Positions 31,857 to 41,435 of a stretch of DNA of 64,000 bases are shown here, piece after piece; positions within the stretch are counted from its first letter, which is position 1, and the number at the start of each line of letters is the position of its first letter. The DNA is taken from assembly GCA_025594325.1 (NCBI GenBank), contig JANHCV010000002.1, forward strand, positions 1,054,001-1,118,000, written 5' to 3'. Below the pieces are notes generated by a model. The model did not search any database. It saw nothing but the letters and a program-made list of their open reading frames with translations, and was not told the DNA's origin. The translations under genes were made by a program, and so were the position numbers. Origin of the DNA: Blastocladiella emersonii ATCC 22665. Its lineage: Eukaryota; Fungi; Blastocladiomycota.

Positions 31857-32991
31857 CTAAATCTCGAGTTTTACAGGCATCGGGTCTCCGCCCGCGGCCG
31901 CCGCGGGAAACTCGGCCTCGTCCTCGTTCCCGACCACGACCGACTTGACCAGCAGCGCGTCCGATGGCGGGACCGCTTCGGGCTCGCGCTTGCCCTTGGC
32001 CTCGCCGTTGCCGTTCCCCGCGGCCGTGCCAAGCCGCGTCTTGCGCTGCTCGAGCTCGGCCTCGTACGCCTCGCGCTGCGCCTGCGTGTCGGCGCGGACG
32101 CGCGGGTCGAGGACGGCCCACTGGCGGTGCACGGCGTGGAGCAGTGTCGAGAAGCCTGTTACGGAGGAACGTGGTTAGCGGGCGATCGGTGGTGCAGGTT
32201 CGAATGTCCGACGTACCATCAAGAATGTTCGCGTCGATAACCTGGCCCTTGCGCTCGGCGTACTTGGCAGAGATGGTGCGCGCGATCAGCGACGCGGACA
32301 GCGGGTCCTCGCCAGGCTCGAGCGGCAGGAGCAGGCCGTCCAGCCGCAGCGCCGAGATGACCGACTCTTGGCTCACGCAGTTGGGCGCGTCGCGCTTGTT
32401 GACGAAACTAGAATTTTCGGAAGATCAGAACCGCGCGCGAAGTCTCCTCATCGGCTGGCGAACGTACATCAGGAGCGGCTTGCCGTAAACCATGCGCGTG
32501 CGGTAGATCCTGTGCAGCTGCTCGGCGGCCTCGGCGAACCGGTCCGGCTGCGAGCCGTCGACCACGTAGCAGATAGCGTGGGCCTACGCGAACATCGGCG
32601 GTCAATGATCAGAAATCCGGCGGCACGCGTGCTCGACCGCGGACCTCGGCTATGTAGTTTGTCCAGATGCCGCGGATCCGCTCGTGCCCGCCCACGTCAA
32701 ACAGGCGAAGCACCGCGACCGCGTCGCCGGGGAGCAGCACGTTGGCGGTCACGAAGCCCCACGTCGGCTTGGTCTCCTTGGGCGGCTCTACGCGAGGACG
32801 ACTGTCAGTCGTTGAAACTCTCGTGGTGCCATATCAATGCGAGTCGTACGGCGACGAAGACGATCGAGCAGCGTCGACTTGCCGCTTTCGTCGAGGCCGA
32901 ACAGCGGAATGGTCACCGTCTTCATCTCCGGGTGCACCTGGCCCGCCGCGCCGGACACGCTGCAGCAAGCGACGAATGATTTGAGTCCCAT
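31857..32991 (-). CDS. ARL13: Ciliary small GTPase ARL13, multi-exon
   Basis: N-terminal CC (MGLKSFVACC), GLDESGKST, FDVGGHERIRGIW (Gly in place of catalytic Gln), GKPLLM|FVNKRD, and a coiled coil after the G domain. Confidence 0.8.
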
Positions 32992-33102
32992 GATGTCGTT
33001 ACATTCAGTTTCATGGACTTGCGCTGAGAGAAGACGCGATGCTGAAAGCCAGAACGGGTGCAATCGCGCTTCGCGCGATCAACGTGGCTTGGACGTGTCG
33101 CG

Positions 33103-33148
33103 GTTATCATGTGACCAGACGCGTGACCGCTGCGAGACATGCGAGACA
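33103..33148. repeat. Promoter module copy 1 (X-box-like palindrome + GCGAGACA pair)
   Basis: GTTATCATGTGACC-N13-CTGCGAGACA-t-GCGAGACA, about 110 nt upstream of the ARL13 start. Confidence 0.7.
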
Positions 33149-33535
33149 TGTGTGGCACGCGTTTCTCGCTCAAGGATCGATTGCTGAAGCTCCAAAACTA
33201 CCATCCTGCATACAATGACGCGTAAAGAAATGGCTTCGGATTGAACCGCAAGCATTTCCGCAAGGCGCCGCGGGTGCACAAGTCCCTGTCTGTCAGCGGT
33301 GTGATGGGGCCCGTGACAGTCGCTCCCATCAAGGCTGAAGCGCATACATAAATGCACGAGTGCATGTTTCAAGAACAAATGTCGTTTGGTCCGAACGTGA
33401 CTTAGGGCCAGGCAAACGGACCGTAGAAGGCGGCTTCGCGGGAGCGTCCACGCACTCGCCCTCCCTCCCTCCAACTAAATCTCGCCTCCGCCCTCGACTC
33501 CTTGTCTAGTTTACAGCACACACAGCACCTCAAAC

Positions 33536-33904
33536 ATGGACCCCGTTCCCAACGCCAACGACCAGGTCGCAGTGCAAGCCGTCGCTGGGATGGGAGCCGA
33601 AGTTGCTAGCAGCATCACGGCACGCTCAGTCAAGCTCTTCAAGTCGGGCTTTATACTTCTTTTGCTAAGCATCGTCCCCGAAACGACTCGTTTGGTTCAC
33701 AACGTAATCGTTGGCGGCAACGTAATCAATCACTACTCGCTGATACTGCTCTTCCGTCTACCGTTTGCGTACTGGTTGGTTGCGCTTTACGTTGACTTTG
33801 CGAACATGTCGAGTCCCCAGGTGCATTTGTTTGCGGAAGCTACGCCGTACTTTGCCGCATTTGTCTTGCTGTGCGATGGAGCAAACTTGCGCCTGCCAGG
33901 TTAG
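33536..33904 (+). CDS. Orphan small hydrophobic protein (122 aa)
   Basis: caaacATGG start; three hydrophobic segments; lower GC than neighbours; no family recognised. Confidence 0.4.
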   Translation: MDPVPNANDQVAVQAVAGMGAEVASSITARSVKLFKSGFILLLLSIVPETTRLVHNVIVGGNVINHYSLILLFRLPFAYWLVALYVDFANMSSPQVHLFAEATPYFAAFVLLCDGANLRLPG

Positions 33905-33997
33905 CAGTTGGTCAGCGCTTGTGGGGAGCAGTGGAAGGCAATATCGATGGGCAAGGGTGCCAATGGGAAGGAAGCACGGAAGGTGGAGACGCGTTCA

Positions 33998-34045
33998 GTT
34001 ATCATGTGACCGTGGCAAGCCTCCTGCGAGACACCACGCGAGACA
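33998..34045. repeat. Promoter module copy 2
   Basis: GTTATCATGTGACC-N12-CTGCGAGACA-ccac-GCGAGACA; the 14-mer is identical to copy 1. Confidence 0.7.
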
Positions 34046-34147
34046 CAACTCGTTCCGCCCCTCACCGCGCCACCGAGCAAGAAACCGAGCTTCGTTGAAC
34101 AAAACACCGATGCTATTCATGCCAAAACTATATCACATCACGCAAAT

Positions 34148-37100
34148 CTAGTGCTCGGCCGCGAACGCCGCGTACACGGCGTCCTCGACGACGCGGCGCG
34201 GCGCACGGAGCCCCGTCCACCGCTCAAACTGCACGAGCCCCTGCTCGACGAGCACCTCGGCGCCCGTGACGACGGGCACCGTCGGGTTGACGGCGTGGAC
34301 CGCGCGGACGACGGGCGTGGGCGCGCCGTACACGAGCTCGACGACGACGCGCGCCGACTTGGTGAACGCCGCAGTCGCGAGCGTCTGGGCGCCGGCCTCC
34401 TGTGCGTCGCGCGGGAGCGTCGACACCACGATTTCGGCGGCCGTCACCTGGAGCGCACCGTCGAGCGGCTCAGCGACCAGCTCGACGCCGCGCGCGTGCT
34501 CGGCAAAGTCGGCGACCAGGCGCGCCGCGCGGTCGGCGGACCGGTTGGCCACGACGATACGCGCGGGGCGGTGCCCGGTCGGGAGCGACAGGAGCGCGTA
34601 CACGGCGGCGCGCGCGGTCCCGCCGGCGCCGAGGACGAGGGCCGTCGCGGTGGCGCCAATGGACGCAGAGTGCAGGCGCTTGACGAGCCCGGCGCGGATC
34701 CCGTCCACGTCCGTGTTGTCGCCAACGATCTTGCCGTCGGCGGCGCGGCGCCACAGCGTGTTGATGGCGCCGACCGCGCGAGCAGCGGGCGCCACGTCGT
34801 CGACGAGCGTGTGGACGACCTCCTTGAGCGGGATCGTGACGGACGCGCCGCCGAACGCCAGGTCGTCGCGCACCAGCGCGCGGAGCGCGGGCGTGACCTC
34901 GGCGGCCGGGTGCAGCGCGTACGTGTACGGGAGGCCGAGCGTGGTGAAGCCCGTGTTGTGCATGAGCGGCGACTTGGACTTGTCAATGGGTGCGCCGAAC
35001 AGGTAGAACTTGGAGGGCGCGAGGACGCCGCACGCGGCGAGCGCGGCGTGGATGCTGGCGAGCGACATCTGGCCGGGCGCCGCGGCCGCGAGGTGCGCGT
35101 GGGTGACGGGCGTCAGCGTGTCGTTGAAGACGCGCGACGGCTGGCCGGCGGCGCCCATGTTGATGGCGATGAGCGGGACGCGGTCGCCGAGGAGGTCGCG
35201 CGCGAGCGTCTCGCGGAACGCCGTGAGCGCCGCGTTGTCGCCGGCGCGGTGCGCGCGCCCGACGAGCTTGACGATGTCGCCGTACGCCGCCGCGCGGTAC
35301 AGCTGCGCGCCCCAGTGGACGTGGTCGGACCACGGGAACGCGCCCTTGGCGTCGTGGTACGACGTCAGGGTCAGCACGCCGCGCGCGGCCGCCTGGTCCT
35401 GGAGCCGCTTGAGGACGGGCATCGGCAGCGTCGTCTCGACGTCCACGATCTCGGCGCCCCACCGGATCGCCGCCTCGAGCAGCGCCACGGCGCCGTCCAC
35501 GTCCGCGTCGGGCCACGCGCCCGCCTGCGACACGGTGCGCACCGTGAACACGACGGGGAGCCCCGGCACGAGCGTGCGCAGCGTCGCGAACGCGGCCGCC
35601 ACGGCCTCGACGGTGCACGGCTGCAGGAGGTCGGCGCGCAGCTCGACGGCGTCGGCGCCCTCGGTCGCGCGCTGGACGACGTGGCGGTGCACGGTCGTGA
35701 TCGTGGGCAGCGTCAGGGACACGAACGAGGTGACGGGCGACGCGGTCGCCGCGGCCTTGCGCTCGGCGGCTGTCACGGCGCGCAGGATCGCGGCGCGGCG
35801 CGACTCGGCGGGGACCTCGAGCGCGCGGACGACGGCGGCGAGCTGGGCCTCGACGGTCTTCCAGTCGTAGGCGCCGTTCTCGTCGCGCGCATAGAACTCG
35901 ACGTCGGCGCACGCCGCGTACCACGGCTCGCGGCGCTTCCAGACGGCCTCGGACGTCTCGCCGAGCGACGGGCGCGAGCTGGCGGCGAGCTCGCGGAACA
36001 CGAGGTCCATGCGGCGGCGGATGTGGACGATCGGGAGCCCGAGGGTGCGCGACGCAAGGAGCTCGCGGGTCGCCGCGTCCTCGACGATACCGCCGCCGCA
36101 CGCGATGACAGCACCCGTCGGGTGGGCGGCGGCGAGGTCGCGCAGCACGGCCGCCTCCTCGCGGCGGAAGGCGGTCCAGCCGTCGGCTGACGACGCGACG
36201 AAATCGGCAATCGACTGCCCGTTGCGGCGCCGGACAAACTCCTCGTCCACGTCGACGAAGGTGCGGCCCAGGTCGCGGGCGAGGGCACGGCCGAGCGTCG
36301 TCTTGCCCGCGCCCCGCATCCCGATGAGGACGACCGACTTGGCGGCCGCGGCAGCCGCGTTGGTGGCGGCGGCCGGCTTGGCCGCGGGCGCGTGCGGTAC
36401 GACGTCGTAGCCCGATACCGACACGCCGAGCACGGTGCCGAGCGTGTCCCACCACGCGGGCCACGTCTTTTCGACGCACTTGCGCTCCTCAATACGCGCG
36501 CCGAGGACGGTGCCGAGTACGCTGAACGACATGGCGACGCGGTGGTCGTCGTAGCAGTGGACGGACGGGATCGGCGCGTTGGCGAGGCGCTGGGCGATCT
36601 CGGCGAGCGGCTGGCCGTAGATGATGAGCCCGTCGTCGTGCTCCTCGGTGCGCACGCCGTACTTGGCGAGCTCGTCCATCATGGCGCGGATGCGGTTACA
36701 CTCCTTGACGCGCTGGTTGGCGATCCCGTCGATGCGCGTGGCGGAGGTGCCCTGGGCGTTAGGCGCGGCGGCGACGGCGGCGAGGACCGACGCCGTCAGG
36801 AACGCGTCGGTCAGCGACTCCATGTCGACGGTGCCGAGCGCGCGGAGCTGACCGGGCGCGGGACCGACGACCGTGGTCGCGTCCGCCGTCTGCGTCACGG
36901 TGCACCCCATGGGCGCGAGGATCGCGGGCGCAAAGTTGGCGTCGCCCTGCAGCGAGGCCGAGCCCATGTGCGGCACGGTCACGGCGCGGCCCGTGATGGC
37001 GGCGACGGCGAGCGGGTACGTGGCCGACGACGCGTCGGGCTCGACCACGTACTCGCCGGGCGCGGCGTACACGCCCTGCGGGATGAGGAAGGTGGTGGGC

Positions 37101-39085
37101 GACTGGCGCTGCACGTGGATGCCGAACGACTTCATCATGGCTAAGTATTGAGATGGCGAGGGTGTCAGCACCGCGTCGAATGCGAATAAGCACCACAGAA
37201 GCAGCGTACCGATGGTCATCTCAATGTACGGCTGCGAAATGATCTTGCCGCCCGTGAGCTCGAGCGTGACGGGGTTCTTGGCGTAGGGCGCGCACAGGAG
37301 GATAGCCGACACGTACTGCGACGACACGCTGGCGGCGAGCTTGACGTGCCCGCCGGGGAACCCGGGCTGGAGGGTGACGGGGAGGCATCCGGTCGCCGAG
37401 CACTCAATCTGGACGCCGTTGGCGGCGAGCGCGTCGACGAGCGGGCGGATCGGCCGCTGCTGCATGCGCGCGTTGCCCGTGAGCGTGGTCGGCCCGCCGA
37501 CGGCGAGCGACGCGGCGCACGTCAGGAACCGCGCGGCGGTGCCGGCGTTGCCGAGGTAGATGGGATCACCGGCAACGGCGCGCATGGCGCCGCCGTGCCC
37601 GTTGACGACGAGCACGTCGCCGTCCCACGAGTAGGTGCACGCGCCGAGCCGCTGCAGCGCCGTCAGCATGACCTGGGTGTCGTCCGAGTGCAGCAGGTTG
37701 CGCACGGTGGTGGTGCCGTGCGCGAGCGCCGCGAGGAGCAGCGCGCGGTTGCTGATGGATTTGGAGCCGGGGACCTTGACGACGACGGGCGCGGCGGAGG
37801 ACGGCGCCGTGGCGGCAGCAGCAGCGGGAGCAGCGTGGACGTGGACGCCGGGCGACACGACGAGGCTGATGACGTCGTCCGCGACGACCGAGGCGCGCGG
37901 CTCGACGGTGGCGCCGATCTTGGACAGGAGGACGAGGCGCTTGTTGGCGCCCGAGTTCTTCTTGTCAACCTTCATGTAGTCGAGCAGGCGGTCGACGGCG
38001 ACGTGGCCGGGGGTGCCGCCGAGGTACTTTTTCACAAGCGGGTCGTGGATCGAGGTCGGGAGGCCGTAGGCGGCGATGCAGCGGACGAGGCGGCCGAGGT
38101 CGGCCTGCGACAGGTGGCCGAGGAGGCGGGCCATCTCGGCCTCGTACACCATGCCGATCGAGACGCACTCGCCGTGGAGTATGCGCGGGGTCAGGGCGGC
38201 CTCAAAGGCGTGGCCGACCGTGTGGCCAAAGTTGAGCAGGCCGCGCAGGCCGCCCTCCTTCTCGTCGGCGGACACGACCTGGGCCTTGACGCGGGCCGAG
38301 CCGAAGATGACCTGCAGGACGAGCGGGTCGGAGACCGCGGCAGCCATGGCGCGAAGCACGCGCTCGGGGTCGGCCTCGAGGAGGGCGAAATCGGACTCGG
38401 ACGCGAACGCGGCGGTCTTGACGACCTCGGCCATCCCGTTGCGGATCTCGCGCTCGGGCAGCGTGGCGAGGTAGGCGGGGTCGATGTAGACGCGCAGGGG
38501 CTGGTGGAAGGCGCCGATCAGGTTCTTGCCGGCGGGCACGTCGACGGCGGTCTTGCCGCCAATCGAGCTGTCGACCATGGCGAGCAGCGTGGTCGGGACC
38601 TGCACGACGCTGCACCCGCGCATGTAGGTTGCGGCGACGTAGCCGATCATGTCGCCGACGACGCCGCCGCCGAACGCCACCACGACCGTGTCGCGCGTGC
38701 AACCGTGGCGCAGCATCCAGTCCTCGACGACCGCCTTGGTCGTGCGCGTCTTGGCCGCCTCGCCCGGCGGCAGCACAAAGGTGAGCAGCCAGTCGTGTGC
38801 CGCCGCCGCCGGGTTCGCGGCCGCGAGCGGCGTGCCTGCAGCGGCGGCCTCGGCCCACGCGGCGGCCAGCGCGGCCGTCAGCGCGTCGAGGTGCAGCGCG
38901 GCGACGTTGTTGTCGGTCACGACGACGAGCTTGGACGCGGTGCGGCCAACGAGCGCGCACAGGTCGCGCGCGAGGTGCGCCGTCAGGTGGAAGCCCGCGT
39001 GGATGACGTTCGGGCGGCCGAGGATCGGCAGCGTCTCGACGGCCGCGGCCGCGGCCGCGGGTTGTTGTTGTGCTGGAGCCGTCAT
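34148..39085 (-). CDS. ARO1: Pentafunctional AROM protein, 1 in-frame intron near 37143-37210
   Basis: DHQ synthase (GGGVVGD, SIGGKTA, LLNFGHT), EPSPS (PGSKSISNR, GNAGTAARF, DDHRVAMSF), shikimate kinase (GMRGAGKTT), type I DHQase and shikimate DH (SKSPLMHN, GDNTD, LGAGGTARA) in canonical order. Confidence 0.98.
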   Translation of the reverse strand: MTAPAQQQPAAAAAAVETLPILGRPNVIHAGFHLTAHLARDLCALVGRTASKLVVVTDNNVAALHLDALTAALAAAWAEAAAAGTPLAAANPAAAAHDWLLTFVLPPGEAAKTRTTKAVVEDWMLRHGCTRDTVVVAFGGGVVGDMIGYVAATYMRGCSVVQVPTTLLAMVDSSIGGKTAVDVPAGKNLIGAFHQPLRVYIDPAYLATLPEREIRNGMAEVVKTAAFASESDFALLEADPERVLRAMAAAVSDPLVLQVIFGSARVKAQVVSADEKEGGLRGLLNFGHTVGHAFEAALTPRILHGECVSIGMVYEAEMARLLGHLSQADLGRLVRCIAAYGLPTSIHDPLVKKYLGGTPGHVAVDRLLDYMKVDKKNSGANKRLVLLSKIGATVEPRASVVADDVISLVVSPGVHVHAAPAAAAATAPSSAAPVVVKVPGSKSISNRALLLAALAHGTTTVRNLLHSDDTQVMLTALQRLGACTYSWDGDVLVVNGHGGAMRAVAGDPIYLGNAGTAARFLTCAASLAVGGPTTLTGNARMQQRPIRPLVDALAANGVQIECSATGCLPVTLQPGFPGGHVKLAASVSSQYVSAILLCAPYAKNPVTLELTGGKIISQPYIEMTIGTLLLWCLFAFDAVLTPSPSQYLAMMKSFGIHVQRQSPTTFLIPQGVYAAPGEYVVEPDASSATYPLAVAAITGRAVTVPHMGSASLQGDANFAPAILAPMGCTVTQTADATTVVGPAPGQLRALGTVDMESLTDAFLTASVLAAVAAAPNAQGTSATRIDGIANQRVKECNRIRAMMDELAKYGVRTEEHDDGLIIYGQPLAEIAQRLANAPIPSVHCYDDHRVAMSFSVLGTVLGARIEERKCVEKTWPAWWDTLGTVLGVSVSGYDVVPHAPAAKPAAATNAAAAAAKSVVLIGMRGAGKTTLGRALARDLGRTFVDVDEEFVRRRNGQSIADFVASSADGWTAFRREEAAVLRDLAAAHPTGAVIACGGGIVEDAATRELLASRTLGLPIVHIRRRMDLVFRELAASSRPSLGETSEAVWKRREPWYAACADVEFYARDENGAYDWKTVEAQLAAVVRALEVPAESRRAAILRAVTAAERKAAATASPVTSFVSLTLPTITTVHRHVVQRATEGADAVELRADLLQPCTVEAVAAAFATLRTLVPGLPVVFTVRTVSQAGAWPDADVDGAVALLEAAIRWGAEIVDVETTLPMPVLKRLQDQAAARGVLTLTSYHDAKGAFPWSDHVHWGAQLYRAAAYGDIVKLVGRAHRAGDNAALTAFRETLARDLLGDRVPLIAINMGAAGQPSRVFNDTLTPVTHAHLAAAAPGQMSLASIHAALAACGVLAPSKFYLFGAPIDKSKSPLMHNTGFTTLGLPYTYALHPAAEVTPALRALVRDDLAFGGASVTIPLKEVVHTLVDDVAPAARAVGAINTLWRRAADGKIVGDNTDVDGIRAGLVKRLHSASIGATATALVLGAGGTARAAVYALLSLPTGHRPARIVVANRSADRAARLVADFAEHARGVELVAEPLDGALQVTAAEIVVSTLPRDAQEAGAQTLATAAFTKSARVVVELVYGAPTPVVRAVHAVNPTVPVVTGAEVLVEQGLVQFERWTGLRAPRRVVEDAVYAAFAAEH

Positions 39086-39437
39086 GGTGGTGGTAGCTAC
39101 GGGTTCGGATCCGAGGTTCGGCCCGTTGTCAGCACAAGGGCCGAGGTCGGGTCGGTCGGGCGAGCGGAGCCAAGGCCGGCGCCGTGATACTCACAGGTTG
39201 ATACGTTGCAGATGCTAGGTCCACGCGCAGAGAGGGAGCGAGAGCCGTGGGGAAGAGGGGCTCGGTGCTGCCTTTTGTACCAGCGGGCGCTCGGACGCGA
39301 TGAGTTGTGCCTCACGTGCGGATTTCTCGTCGATAAGCTCGGCTTCAAACGCGGCGAGTGGCGAAAAATCGGCACGCGAGCAATTTATGCTTCTAAATCT
39401 GGCTCCGCGCCACCGCCCCGCGCCCAGCCGCCCTCAG

Positions 39438-40673
39438 CTACCACTGGTGCACGACGACGTTGTCGAGCATCTGCGTGTTGATGAGCGGGTTCTGGAGCTC
39501 GGCAATGGTCGAGCAGCACGCGGCGGCGGGGTCGCCGGACGCAGTGAGCGACTTGAGCCAGTACTCGTTGCCAGGGAACGCGTTCCCGTCCCACGCGTAC
39601 GTGGCGACGAGGACGTGGTCCGGGTCGACGGGCGCCGCGGGCGGGTTGCGCGTGAACCGCACGACGACGTCAGCGACGCGGTCGCCGTCGCGGACGCGGC
39701 AGTCGGCAGGGCGGTCGATCCACGTCAGCTCGAGCACGGCGACGAGCTCGCTGGCGGCGGGGAACTCGGCGACGGCCAGCAGCAGCTCGTCGACGTACAC
39801 GGCCGTCTGCTCGCGCGGCAGCACCGCCCACACGCCGAGCCCGAGCCCGACGACGCGGATGTGCGCGGGGGTCCCCGCCGCGCCCGCGCGTGCACACGCC
39901 TCGCCCAAGAGCACGTCGAAGGTCGCGCGCATCCGTTTCCGGTACGAAGTCAGCGACAGGTAGCGGCCGTCGCGGCACGCGGCGAGCTCGTGCGGCGCGC
40001 CCTTGGTGTCGTAAAACGCGCGCCACTCGGGCTCGTGGACCGCGGGCGGCGCGTCGCGGTCGCGGCCGAGCAGGTACCGGTGCTCGACGAGGCCGGGCAC
40101 CTCGAACCGCGGGCCGACGAGGGCGACGTAGATCCCGTACGGCGCAAACGTGCCGGGCTTCCCCGGCCGGCCGCAGTTGTCGCGGTCGCCCGCGTTGATG
40201 AACCGCGTCGGCACCGAGACCCCGAGCAGCGCGCTGAGCGCCATCTCGTCGTAGCTGAGGTACTCGGCGAGCGGGATCCGCGGGTCCTCGTCATCCCGCC
40301 CAACCCGCCGCCACGCGTCGTGCACGCCGCCGAGCTCCTCGCCCGTGCGCAGCACCGTAAAGTCGCTTGCCGTGTAGAAGGCGAGCGGCCGGCACGCGAT
40401 GCACCGCTTGGCGAGCGCCTCCCAGTCCATGTCGCGGTACAGCTCGCGCTCGCGCCGCGTGCCCGACGCGTGCTTGCGTGCCAGGAACGCCTCGAAGACG
40501 GGGACGGCGGCTGCGGGCACGATGATCCGCGTGCCCCGCGCGTGCGCCTCGATCTCGCGCTCGGCCTCGGGCGACCCGCGCGCGAGCTCCGCGATCCGGT
40601 TCGCTTTCGTCGGCAGCGACTTGATGCGCGCCTGGAAGTCGGCCGAGTTGGCGGCCAGCGTTTTGAAGTCCAT
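39438..40673 (-). CDS. DUF4804 / MavL-like macrodomain protein (putative ADP-ribosyl hydrolase), intronless
   Basis: YLSYDEMALSALLGVS..FINAGDRDNCG, VALVGPRFE, GLGLGVW, YAWDGNAFPGNEYW..SGDPAAACCSTIAELQNP motifs. Confidence 0.8.
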   Translation of the reverse strand: MDFKTLAANSADFQARIKSLPTKANRIAELARGSPEAEREIEAHARGTRIIVPAAAVPVFEAFLARKHASGTRRERELYRDMDWEALAKRCIACRPLAFYTASDFTVLRTGEELGGVHDAWRRVGRDDEDPRIPLAEYLSYDEMALSALLGVSVPTRFINAGDRDNCGRPGKPGTFAPYGIYVALVGPRFEVPGLVEHRYLLGRDRDAPPAVHEPEWRAFYDTKGAPHELAACRDGRYLSLTSYRKRMRATFDVLLGEACARAGAAGTPAHIRVVGLGLGVWAVLPREQTAVYVDELLLAVAEFPAASELVAVLELTWIDRPADCRVRDGDRVADVVVRFTRNPPAAPVDPDHVLVATYAWDGNAFPGNEYWLKSLTASGDPAAACCSTIAELQNPLINTQMLDNVVVHQW

Positions 40674-40805
40674 TGCGCCAGATGTGTGTGCTGAGGAGAG
40701 GGGAGCGGCGACGCGTCGCACCACGGCCGCGCGACTTGGTCGCTGGGAACGCCACAGCGCGCCCGCTCTCCAACCCGCCACCATCACCCATCGCAACGTA
40801 ATCCC

Positions 40806-41226
40806 ATGTCTGACCGCGCCCAGTTGCCACCACCTGCAACGGCCGCCGGGGACGCCGGCGCGCCCGCCCCGGAGCTCGCTGTCTACGTCGACACCCTGCT
40901 CAAGCAGCTGGTGCATCGGCGCTTCTTCTTGACGGGATTCCGAGACGGGGTCGCTGAGCCTGCGGATGAGTGTAGCAAGCCAAGTTTGACGACATGTCGA
41001 TGCAGATCCTGACCAAGAGTACGCTCTCCGCTCGTCTGCCCGGCACGAGCACGGACCCGCCCTGACGCCGCCCGCTCCATGTGTAGTCGACACGATGGGC
41101 TCGCGGCTCGACGACCTCGAAAAATCGATTGCCGAGCTCATGGAGCACGCGGCCGCGGCCGACGGCGCGTCCGCGGGGGCCAACGGGGAGGCTGACGGCG
41201 GCGAGAGCGCCGCGCCACCATCGTGA
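40806..41226 (+). CDS. HSBP1: Heat shock factor binding protein 1, 2 introns
   Basis: Spliced: ELAVYVDTLLKQL|QAKFDDMSMQILTK|IDTMGSRLDDLEKSIAELM, the HSBP1 coiled-coil signature. Confidence 0.9.
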
Positions 41227-41435
41227 ACCGACCTGATACACCCATGTTTTGCACGTCGCGTCATGTCACGTCAAGTTAGCTCTGTATTCGTCACGCGGCA
41301 AGGCCCGGGTGGCAGAGGACAGGGGATCGAGGGCAGGGTGGGTACATCTAGTGCATGGGGGTGTGCGCGTGCGCGCGTGCGTGCGAGGTGGACATTGAGG
41401 TTGAGGGATAGGAAGTGTACATGGTGAGAGCCAGC

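Noticed and set aside
32190-32210. GGTTCGAATG as a tRNA T-loop or B-box
   Set aside because: It lacks the conserved C and any cloverleaf, and lies in an ARL13 intron.
34151-39218. Long plus-strand ORFs opposite ARO1, and similar ones opposite the kinase, AVL9, RhoGAP, SER3 and SNF1
   Set aside because: Stop-poor antisense or alternative frames expected from extreme GC3 bias; no domains.
39300-41264. 608-aa ORF suggesting a long N-terminal extension of the DUF4804 protein
   Set aside because: The upstream part overlaps HSBP1 antisense; the likely start is ATG 40673.
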